Under the pieces are notes generated by a model. That model was not told where the DNA came from. It saw only the letters and a list, made by a program, of their open reading frames with translations, and ran no database searches. DNA of 61,520 bases, taken from NCBI GenBank assembly GCA_964460245.1, contig CAYWTL010000003.1:1-61520 (forward strand). Direction: 5' to 3'. Source of the stretch: an uncultured Syntrophaceae bacterium (GTDB lineage: Bacteria > Desulfobacterota > Syntrophia > Syntrophales > Fen-1087). Positions 28,459 through 35,837 of the stretch are shown one piece after another; the stretch's first letter is position 1, and every line of letters begins with the position of its first letter. A program made the translations under genes and the position numbers.

Positions 28459-28752
28459 CTATTTCATTTTCTTTTCGCCTTCGCCCGCGATGTACGGCTT
28501 GTACTTTTCCTTTTTTTCCGCCGTGCTGCCGGGTTGGGATGCGTCCACCGCCGACTTGTTTTTCAGGATCCGGGATGTCAGCCTGGGCTGGTTTGTCTCG
28601 TCCTGCACGCTGACTGCCGCAGGCGGAGGTTCCTGGGCCGTCCGGAAGGCGCCTTCGCGCTGCTGCGTGAAGTCCGCACCGTCAATATTCCCGGAGGACA
28701 GGATGACGAGCGGCAGGCCGATCAGAATCAAAGAAATCAGAACTTTTCCCAT
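28459..28752 (-). CDS. hypothetical small exported protein
   Basis: Starts MGKVLISLILIGLPLVILSS at ATG 28752, with a hydrophilic Lys/Glu-rich tail. Begins 20 nt downstream of the preceding gene. Confidence 0.5.
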   Translation of the reverse strand: MGKVLISLILIGLPLVILSSGNIDGADFTQQREGAFRTAQEPPPAAVSVQDETNQPRLTSRILKNKSAVDASQPGSTAEKKEKYKPYIAGEGEKKMK

Positions 28753-28772
28753 ATTCACAAGCCCCCCATCGT

Positions 28773-29426
28773 TCAAATCACGTTTTGTGTCGTCAGCGTC
28801 AGGGAATCCACAGGGATATCGTAATAGAAGGAATCCGGTCCGGCATCCCAGACGATCCGGATATCGTAATTGCCGTCGGCCATGTCGTACAGATGCAGCG
28901 CAGCGGACGGGCCGACGGGCGCAGAAAGCTGGTTGGCTCCCCAGGAGGTTGCCGGTCCGGGGACGACGTAAACAGCGACGATCGTCGCGCCGCCGGACCG
29001 GTTGATGATCTTCAGCGATCCCGTAAAGCTTGAATCATAGGCATAGAGATCATAGATGACGTTCTCTCGAATGGGGACGTCGTAACTGTAGGCCGAGTAT
29101 TCGCTGTACTGACCGATGACCTTTGCTCGGGCGTCGTAGAGTCCCGCGGCGATGTCCACGATGTCGGCGGATGCGAGGCTTGAAAGCGGTCCGTACAGGA
29201 GGTTGGGGCCCCAGGACGAGCTGTCCGCGGGCGAAAGGTAGAAGAAATCGATCACCACAGTGCTCCCGTTGATTAGCCTGAGCGTTCCGGTGCCGTCGCC
29301 GTAATAGCCGCCGTCATGATGGTGATGGTAATCGTCGTCATCGTCGTGGCACCCGGTGCCGAGGACGGCTAGTCCGAGGCAGATTGCCGCCGTCAGCAGG
29401 AAAAATTTGAGCTTCGCCGGTTTCAT
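28773..29426 (-). CDS. hypothetical lipoprotein with an internal two-fold domain duplication and an Asp5-Tyr-His4 tract
   Basis: Lipobox LGTGC followed by HDDDDDYHHHHDGGYY. Two ~75-aa repeats: (L.LIN.S...I......P...SWG.N.L..P......D...G.YD.R). Strong SD GGAGGGGGA before ATG 29426. Confidence 0.65.
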   Translation of the reverse strand: MKPAKLKFFLLTAAICLGLAVLGTGCHDDDDDYHHHHDGGYYGDGTGTLRLINGSTVVIDFFYLSPADSSSWGPNLLYGPLSSLASADIVDIAAGLYDARAKVIGQYSEYSAYSYDVPIRENVIYDLYAYDSSFTGSLKIINRSGGATIVAVYVVPGPATSWGANQLSAPVGPSAALHLYDMADGNYDIRIVWDAGPDSFYYDIPVDSLTLTTQNVI

Positions 29427-29846
29427 CCTTCCCCCTCCATTCACATCGCTGGCTTTCGCCTCGTTGGGGCGGTTCAGGCCCGTGAAATCATAAAAACGGG
29501 CTCAGACCCGATCATCTTTCTTGCTTTTTGCAGTTCCTCCGTCGGCGCCGCAAAGACGGCTTCTTCACGATCGTGATAGAATCATACTGTCCGAAAAAAA
29601 TCAATCCTCAAAAAAATACATCAACCGCACGATTCGTCTGCAAGACACATTGATCCCGGCTATCGGCTGCCCATGCGCAAATGCATTGCCGGAATTACTT
29701 GCGGAATCGATTTCTGCTGATAACAGCATAAACGTACGCAATCCCTTCGCTAAATAAAAGGGCAGGTCCCTCTTTCCGTTTCAAAAAGGCTTGAATAATA
29801 TACAATTCTGGACGTCATGGAAACTTCATCCAGCGCGGGCTCGCAT

Positions 29847-29996
29847 CTATCGTCTTCCCTCGTATCCGCCGAATCCGCCATCCATGTCAGGCCTGTCCCG
29901 GTCGCTTCTTTCATGGCCTTCAATGGGTATCGAACATCCGCCAAGGGTTACTAGCATCAAGACCCATGCCACTCCCAAGATGATTGCCCGTTTCAT
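29847..29996 (-). CDS. hypothetical small lipoprotein (49 aa)
   Basis: MKRAIILGVAWVLMLVTLGGC lipobox, with GGGAGAG SD before ATG 29996. Confidence 0.45.
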   Translation of the reverse strand: MKRAIILGVAWVLMLVTLGGCSIPIEGHERSDRDRPDMDGGFGGYEGRR

Positions 29997-30050
29997 CTCT
30001 CTCCCGTCTTTGTTGCGTTGGTTCCTTCCGATGATCCTGGCGCGAAATGC

Positions 30051-30091
30051 ACAAAAACGCAACCCCGCTTCTGTTTGAGAAATGGGGCTGC
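30051..30091 (-). terminator. Rho-independent terminator after the 30195-30725 gene
   Basis: Minus strand forms GCAGCCCC..(16-nt loop)..GGGGUUGC followed by GUUUUUGUG. Confidence 0.5.
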
Positions 30092-30194
30092 GTTCGTCAG
30101 TCCATAAGACCCTCATGTCGATTCGAAGGGTACCGGAATGAAATTTGTGACAATGTCACGAATCTGCGGTTACATCTGGTTTTTTCAAGCTTCT

Positions 30195-30725
30195 CTATGT
30201 CCCGGGGGGGTGTCCGACACCGGGAAGCGGGTGAGGAGAACCGCCCCCCGGCCTCCCGCCGGGACCCCGGCCGGGAGGCCGGCCACCCTGATGGACCGGT
30301 GATCGTCCAGGGGGTTGACGCCAGCCGGGAGGATAGCCTTTTTTGCCATAATGAATGTGGTTCGGATGCCAGGGACGATTACCCCAGATCCGTTTATCGT
30401 AACGGTGCCTCCAATCGGGAGGCAATTTTTTATGCCATGCCGGATACCCGCGGTAATAGACCCATCCCCGATCGTAATATCTGGAACGGTACCAGTGCTC
30501 GCCGTGATGTCTCCACCACCATCCGCTTCGGAAAAATATCTCCTCCGGAACGTCGGGGACAACGTACACGCCAGTTCCCGGCAAAATAACGACACTGGGT
30601 GGTCCGACGAACGGAATCGGCGGGGGCGGCGGTACATTAATATGAATGCTGACCTGCGCCAGTGACAGGACGGGCGAAGCAATAATCCCACCCAGCAGCA
30701 TGGCTGCAAATAATAGTTTCTTCAT
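30195..30725 (-). CDS. hypothetical secreted Trp/Arg/Tyr/Pro/Gly-rich protein
   Basis: Signal peptide MKKLLFAAMLLGGIIASPVLSLA|Q. Then a PPPPP stretch, GWWWRHHGEHWYRSRYYDRGWVYYRGYPAWH, and a Pro/Gly/Arg tail. AGGAGG SD is present. Confidence 0.65.
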   Translation of the reverse strand: MKKLLFAAMLLGGIIASPVLSLAQVSIHINVPPPPPIPFVGPPSVVILPGTGVYVVPDVPEEIFFRSGWWWRHHGEHWYRSRYYDRGWVYYRGYPAWHKKLPPDWRHRYDKRIWGNRPWHPNHIHYGKKGYPPGWRQPPGRSPVHQGGRPPGRGPGGRPGGGSPHPLPGVGHPPGT

Positions 30726-30775
30726 GGTTATCCTCCTTTCACGGTGTGCTGTGCAATCTGGAATGCTGCAATAAA

Positions 30776-30804
30776 AATATGCCTCTGTTCCGTTGAAAAG
30801 TCAA
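30776..30804 (-). promoter_or_regulatory. candidate sigma70 promoter for the 30195-30725 gene
   Basis: Minus strand reads TTGACT (30804-30799), a 17-nt spacer, then CATATT (30781-30776). Confidence 0.3.
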
Positions 30805-31006
30805 CCATCGTGCCGGGGCAGTGTGACATCCGGATTGTCGGATCAATCTATTGAATGCGATCGGAAACAGCATCGCATCAAACTGCAGCGTCAAGCACCG
30901 AAGGAAGCAATGGCGTGCGACTTTGATTTTCGTGCCTACAACACGGCCTGGAAATGGAAATGAAGCCTGTTTTACAAACGATCAGGATCGGGCCCGTCCG
31001 GCGCAA

Positions 31007-33250
31007 TCAAAAGTAGTATGGGGTTTGTTTCGTCCATTTGCTCTTGGGATACCGGCTGTGAAGCATCTTGAATGCCTGTCTGGAGTAGATCGTCGTATCC
31101 TTGTCGGTGCAGCCGTGTCGCGTGGAACGGACCGCCAGGTGAAGGGCATGGGGAATGCGCGGATCGCCGCCTTTCTTCTCCGCCCATTTCAATGCGACAT
31201 CCGTCAGGTAGTTTGGACCCGACGCGATTTGTCTCAGGTCTTGAAGTTCGCGCTTCGCCAGCTCGATTTCGGACCGACTCAGAAAAAGGGGATAAAGGTT
31301 CTTTCTCTTGTCCGGGGCCTTCATTACGGGCTGCCCGTTCGACTCGGCAGGGGAGGCGCTGGCCGATATCAACTCCCGTTTCGGTGAACACCACCAGTTT
31401 CTGCGATAGCTGTCGATTGTACCGTCGGGGATACCGCGCCCGATGTTGGCCGTCACATTCGGCTTCATGGCCGGATACTGCAGCATCAGATAGGCGGAAA
31501 GGAAACGTCTTTCTTCTGCGGATCCGGCCTTCGCCAGATCGGATAGCAGCTTCTTCGCTTCCGGAAAAAAAGGGGATAGGACGGGAACCGCGTCCAAGAC
31601 CGCCGAATCGTTGCCGGTTACGGCAGCCCTGGCAAATGCCGCCACGGCGAGATTCTTTCGGATCTCCTTGCCCATCGCTTGATCCGTAGCCAGCCTTCTC
31701 AACAGGTCAAGCGGCATGTATTCATTGATGACGATCTCCGCATCCGTGTCGAGATACCTGAACTTTTCATATTTTGAAACGTCCTGGCGCTGCAGGTTCT
31801 GAGTGCAGTCTTCGATGGCATACCCGATGCAAACCGGGCTTCGCTGGGCGTACCGGACGAACTCGCCCACATCGGAGCTGGTCCTGAATCTGAGGCCGCG
31901 GAACAGGTTCCCGTCAGCCGGAGAAAATTTTATTTTTTTCTCTGCATACAGGCGATCCAGGCTCTTCCTGGCCTCGGAATGTTTTCCGGATTCCGCCAGC
32001 AGCCGGATCCGATGATACTGCGCGGACGGGTATGCCGGTGAACCGGCCTTGATTTTGGCCGCGGCGGACAGGAGCGACGGCGTCTCCGGATGATCGGGGG
32101 AGATTTTCGAGATGGCCGCGACCAGCCAGGCAGGCTTCGATGTCTCTCTCCATTTCCTCAAGGCGTGTTCCAGGGATTGCCGGCTCTCATCCTGCACGGT
32201 GAGGATCCAGTCGGTAAGATCGTCGATCTTTCTGGCCGCCATCCGGGTCTGATGATCCATCTTTTTGAGCATGTAACTGTACTCTTTCCAGTATCTGAAC
32301 ATCTCCCCGCCCGGGTTTCTTCCGGTGAGGGCCCGGGCGAGGCCGTACGTGTATTCCGCGGGTTTCGACATGGCCCTGGCATAACCGAGGAGATCCCGGG
32401 CGGGCTGATGATGTTGCGTCAGGGTTTTGTCTTCCAGGATGGATTGCAGAATCGACTCCGCCCTGGCCATGGCGCTGACATTGACCGTCCGGCCTTCCGA
32501 GTTCACGGTGGCTTCCCTCACAAATGCCCTGGCCGCAAGGTAGCCGGACAATCCGCTCCACGGCGAGGATCTGTCCCCGGCGATCCTTTCAAAGAGCTCG
32601 CCCGCCTTGACAAAATCCCCGGCGTAGAAATGCGCTGCGGCAATCTGGTAGTCCCGGTCATGCCGGAGCAGTTTGTCCATCGTCTTGTCTACAGGGGCCG
32701 GGATATGACGGCCTCTCTCGCAATTGGAGAAGACCGTGTCCTGGCCCCGCGCCCATTCCGCGACTTCCGCACTTTCTCTGCCGAACTTTCCGATACGCTC
32801 CCTGAGCGTGTTGACGGCGGACTGGAAAGCGCCGGAATGGCAATTCAGATAAGCATCATGCCCGTCCTTTACCTCGTATCGGAATATGCCGTCCCAATAA
32901 TAGCCTCTCAAGCGCTCCGGAGTCCCGGCTTTGACGAGGGTGCCGCGGAGTTCCACCCATTGTTTGAACCAGTTTTTCCCGCCGGCGTCCGTTTCGCCGC
33001 CGCCTATAGTGAGCATGGCCTGCTGTTCCTCCGGTCCCATGCCCAGCCCTTCCAGATACCGGTATGCCGGGACAAGATAGTAGCTTTTGTAGGATGAATG
33101 AATGACCCCGACGTTTCCCCGGATCATCTCATCGGAGGCAACATGGGTGAACAGCGCCTCGGGAAAAAATGGACCGCACGAAAAGACCGCGTCAGCGCCA
33201 AAAGTGATCAACAGCACCACCGAGGAAACGAAAAAAAATCTTGCCATCAT
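31007..33250 (-). CDS. large conserved-hypothetical exported protein (about 747 aa) with helical-repeat-like regions
   Basis: N-terminal hydrophobic anchor MMARFFFVSSVVLLITFG, then CGPFFP. TPR-like stretches follow, and the C-terminus reads ..HALHLAVRSTRHGC..SRQAFKMLHSRYPKSKWTKQTPYYF. Start placed at ATG 33250 (ATGA overlap with the upstream stop). Confidence 0.7.
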   Translation of the reverse strand: MMARFFFVSSVVLLITFGADAVFSCGPFFPEALFTHVASDEMIRGNVGVIHSSYKSYYLVPAYRYLEGLGMGPEEQQAMLTIGGGETDAGGKNWFKQWVELRGTLVKAGTPERLRGYYWDGIFRYEVKDGHDAYLNCHSGAFQSAVNTLRERIGKFGRESAEVAEWARGQDTVFSNCERGRHIPAPVDKTMDKLLRHDRDYQIAAAHFYAGDFVKAGELFERIAGDRSSPWSGLSGYLAARAFVREATVNSEGRTVNVSAMARAESILQSILEDKTLTQHHQPARDLLGYARAMSKPAEYTYGLARALTGRNPGGEMFRYWKEYSYMLKKMDHQTRMAARKIDDLTDWILTVQDESRQSLEHALRKWRETSKPAWLVAAISKISPDHPETPSLLSAAAKIKAGSPAYPSAQYHRIRLLAESGKHSEARKSLDRLYAEKKIKFSPADGNLFRGLRFRTSSDVGEFVRYAQRSPVCIGYAIEDCTQNLQRQDVSKYEKFRYLDTDAEIVINEYMPLDLLRRLATDQAMGKEIRKNLAVAAFARAAVTGNDSAVLDAVPVLSPFFPEAKKLLSDLAKAGSAEERRFLSAYLMLQYPAMKPNVTANIGRGIPDGTIDSYRRNWWCSPKRELISASASPAESNGQPVMKAPDKRKNLYPLFLSRSEIELAKRELQDLRQIASGPNYLTDVALKWAEKKGGDPRIPHALHLAVRSTRHGCTDKDTTIYSRQAFKMLHSRYPKSKWTKQTPYYF

Positions 33251-34020
33251 TGCCATTTTTCGATCTCCCGATAGACATCGCTCAATTTTTCCGCGCTCCA
33301 CCCGGTCGGGGAAAAAACGTACACCCTTTTTCCCCTGGTCAGCCGCCCCACCGGCTCATCGGTGGAGATTCCGATGCTTGCCCGGCACATCGATTCGGCG
33401 AAGCCACCGTCCGCTTCGAGACGCCTCAGGATCGCGGGACCTTCAGGCCCCATCCTGAAAACCATGGGCACGGCTTCATCCACGGGCAGGCCTGCAAGCC
33501 ACCGGTCATGCATGCACCAGGAGGCGAGCGCGGTTATCGACAGAGGAACGCTTTCCGGGAGTTTTTTCCGGATTGCGAACAGCAGTTCCCTGTAAAATCG
33601 GCGTTCCGAAACGCGCGCGTCGAAATCGATCTGGACACGGTCCGGACGGGCCGCTTCGGCCACATACCCGATGATTTCCGCCGCTTCTTCTCTGAACGGA
33701 CCGGGTTCCGACTTTCTGTCGGTCTCGAGCCTGATCACCGCGATTCGTCGTGTCTTGGCAGGAAACTTGAGAGGCTGTCGCCTGGGGAAAACTTTCAGCC
33801 GGCCATCATGTATTCTGATCGTCCCCGCCAGGAATGCGATCGCCGCCTTGCCGGGATCGAGGCGGCTTAAATCTTCCGGACGCTCCCATGCCCAGAGGAT
33901 GATTCTTTGTGTCTGCGGCAGCCTTTTCCCTTCCGCGTAAGCAGATGAGCATCCGAGTGAAAGCGTGAGGAACAACAAAAGAAAGCACGTCTTCGAAAGA
34001 TTTTTCGATGGTATCGCCAC
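33247..34020 (-). CDS. hypothetical lipoprotein (possibly TIM-barrel/DUF3142-like; family assignment unverified)
   Basis: GTG start at 34020 with GGGGGA SD. Lipobox LSLGCSS. 257 aa, translationally coupled to the 747-aa gene. Confidence 0.65.
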   Translation of the reverse strand: MAIPSKNLSKTCFLLLFLTLSLGCSSAYAEGKRLPQTQRIILWAWERPEDLSRLDPGKAAIAFLAGTIRIHDGRLKVFPRRQPLKFPAKTRRIAVIRLETDRKSEPGPFREEAAEIIGYVAEAARPDRVQIDFDARVSERRFYRELLFAIRKKLPESVPLSITALASWCMHDRWLAGLPVDEAVPMVFRMGPEGPAILRRLEADGGFAESMCRASIGISTDEPVGRLTRGKRVYVFSPTGWSAEKLSDVYREIEKWQ

Positions 34021-34091
34021 GGCATTTCCCCCATGTCCCGCAGGCGGATGATGGCTGAGAATCCCTATTGCTGCCGTCGCAGTATATGCAG

Positions 34092-34120
34092 TATATAAGG
34101 CGGGAACATTCCGGGGTCAA
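34092..34120 (-). promoter_or_regulatory. candidate sigma70 promoter for the 34020-31007 two-gene operon
   Basis: Minus strand reads TTGACC (34120-34115), a 17-nt spacer, then TATATA (34097-34092). An ATATACTGC direct repeat follows. Confidence 0.35.
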
Positions 34121-34492
34121 GGGGAAGACTCCCGGGCGGGTGCTTGAGGGAAGGACGGCAGGAGAATGAAAATGGCGAATAGAACGTCAGTACTGGAAAA
34201 GGCCGGGATCGGTAACCGGAGTGCGCATCCGGACAGTGTGGATCATTGATTCTCCCTGTTTTTTATTGCAAAATAGTTGTTCTGTAGTATCAGGATAGAA
34301 CATCCGTTGCGATTTACCCCAGGGAGTATGAACGGATGTCGTTGATTTTGAAGGCATGAATATGGGACCCGAAAATGCATACCACTGTCGAATGGAGCAG
34401 TCTGTCGGGTTCCCGACACGGCAATCCGCAGTGTGCTCACCTTGGCAATTGCCGGGGGCAATAACCAGAACGGCCCGTGGAGAGAGGGTGTC

Positions 34493-34972
34493 ATGAAAAA
34501 CGAATGGCAGGACGTACTCGATAGATTTCATTATGGAATATACCTGGTCACCGTCTCATCCCCGGAAGGACAGAATGGCATGATCGTCTCCTGGGTTACC
34601 CAGTGTTCCCATGAGCCGCCTTTGGTTGCGATGGCTATCAGGAAAAACAGGCTGGCCCATGAACAGATCCTGAAATCAAGGAAATTTTGCCTCAATGTCC
34701 TCCCTATGGGTTTTATCAGTAAGATCAAACAGTTTAAAATTTCAGACTGGAAGAAAAAATTCGAGGCATTCCAGTACGAATTATCGCCGAACGGCCATCC
34801 GTTGCTTGACGATTGCATCGGATATCTGGACTTTGCGCTGGTGAGCACGGTCGACACGGGGGATCATTCATTGTTTATCGGAAGAATCGAAGCAGGCGCC
34901 GTTCGAGAAGCCGGCAAAGGCATGGCGCTGTCAACCGCCGACTATCACGGCGTATATCGAGGATCAAAATAA
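34493..34972 (+). CDS. flavin reductase-like (FMN-binding split-barrel) protein
   Basis: ..YGIYLVTV...G..NGMIVSWVTQCSHEPPLVAMAI.. typical of the family. Start trimmed to ATG 34493 after GGAGAGAGGG. Confidence 0.82.
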   Translation: MKNEWQDVLDRFHYGIYLVTVSSPEGQNGMIVSWVTQCSHEPPLVAMAIRKNRLAHEQILKSRKFCLNVLPMGFISKIKQFKISDWKKKFEAFQYELSPNGHPLLDDCIGYLDFALVSTVDTGDHSLFIGRIEAGAVREAGKGMALSTADYHGVYRGSK

Positions 34973-35084
34973 GCGGATGATGCCCGTCATGGACGGTATT
35001 CAAAATCGGGCTTGTCCATCATCGTTTAGAGCTCTCTTGAATGATAGCGTCTGTGAAAGATTCTCCTGGACCAATTTTCTGATT

Positions 35085-35378
35085 TCATCCGCCAGGTGAA
35101 CCGCTTCGAAGCCATACCCGGGTCTGCTGTACAGCCAGGATCAATATTCCCAGGCCGATCAGTTCGAACAAGTACAGTACCTTTATCACGTCCTCGTATT
35201 CCGGATCACCCCAGAAAACAGCTATGAAGATCAACATGAAGCCGTTCCAAACCCCGGCAACGACCCACCACAGGACCAGCCATGCCACGCCTCTGGACCG
35301 GATCCGGGCGCAAGCCCAGTCTTTCTTCCACATCCAGGGAGCATCTGCCGACAGCGCCTTTTTAAAACTGTCCTTCAT
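35085..35378 (-). CDS. small two-TM membrane protein, possibly the N-terminal remnant of a longer gene
   Basis: MKDSFKKALSADAPWMWKKDWACARIRS followed by two TM helices. It ends 9 aa after the second helix. Low-GC flank of tRNA-Leu. Confidence 0.35.
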   Translation of the reverse strand: MKDSFKKALSADAPWMWKKDWACARIRSRGVAWLVLWWVVAGVWNGFMLIFIAVFWGDPEYEDVIKVLYLFELIGLGILILAVQQTRVWLRSGSPGG

Positions 35379-35580
35379 ACGCTCGCTCGATCCCGGAATC
35401 TTGCCGAGGTGATCCTGCAATGTTCATCTCGTCATTCCGCATGACTCTCGAAAACATTTTATCATGAATTTCAAGAAGTTGTACACCGGCAACCTGGGGG
35501 TTTTCCTCGATCGTTTCATACATTCCTTTGAGCCAACTCCGTCGAATCTCTGTATTGTTTAGGCACATTTGCACCCTGCC

Positions 35581-35618
35581 AAAATAGAAAAGGCGCAACC
35601 TTCTGAGATTACGCCTTC
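35581..35618 (-). terminator. putative terminator after tRNA-Leu
   Basis: Minus strand forms AAGGCG..(16-nt loop)..CGCCUU followed by UUCUAUUUU. Confidence 0.35.
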
Positions 35619-35629
35619 TTCCATCATTA

Positions 35630-35716
35630 TGGTGCCGAAGCCGGGATTTGAACCCGGACAGGCGTACACCCACTAGACCCTGAACCTAGCGCGTCTACCA
35701 ATTCCGCCACTTCGGC
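35630..35716 (-). tRNA. tRNA-Leu (anticodon CAG), long variable arm, encoded CCA
   Basis: Reverse complement reads GCCGAAGTGGCGGAATTGGTAGACGCG CTAGG-TTCAGGG-TCTAG TGGGTGTACGCCTGTC CGGGTTCAAATCCCGG CTTCGGCACCA. Confidence 0.93.
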
Positions 35717-35727
35717 AATTTTCTGAA

Positions 35728-35757
35728 TATCTACACCGATCAGAGCAGCCTTGTCAA
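35728..35757 (-). promoter_or_regulatory. candidate sigma70 promoter for tRNA-Leu
   Basis: Minus strand reads TTGACA (35757-35752), an 18-nt spacer, then TAGATA (35733-35728), about 12 nt before the mature 5' end. Confidence 0.4.
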
Positions 35758-35837
35758 GCAAAATTGAGCTTGAAATTAAATCTGATAATGCTATGTTAGC
35801 GCGCCCAAGGCAAAACAGAGCCATTCAGAAAGAAGCG

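Noticed and set aside
30735-30775. Sigma54-like string GCAGCATTCCAGATTGCA upstream of the W-rich gene.
   Set aside because: The invariant -24 GG is AG here. A better sigma70-type TTGACT-17-CATATT lies just upstream.
35022-35087. Reading the TGA at 35085-35087 as Sec to extend the truncated membrane ORF.
   Set aside because: Read-through adds only 21 residues before the next stop. There is no thioredoxin-like or other redox context and no adjacent hairpin.
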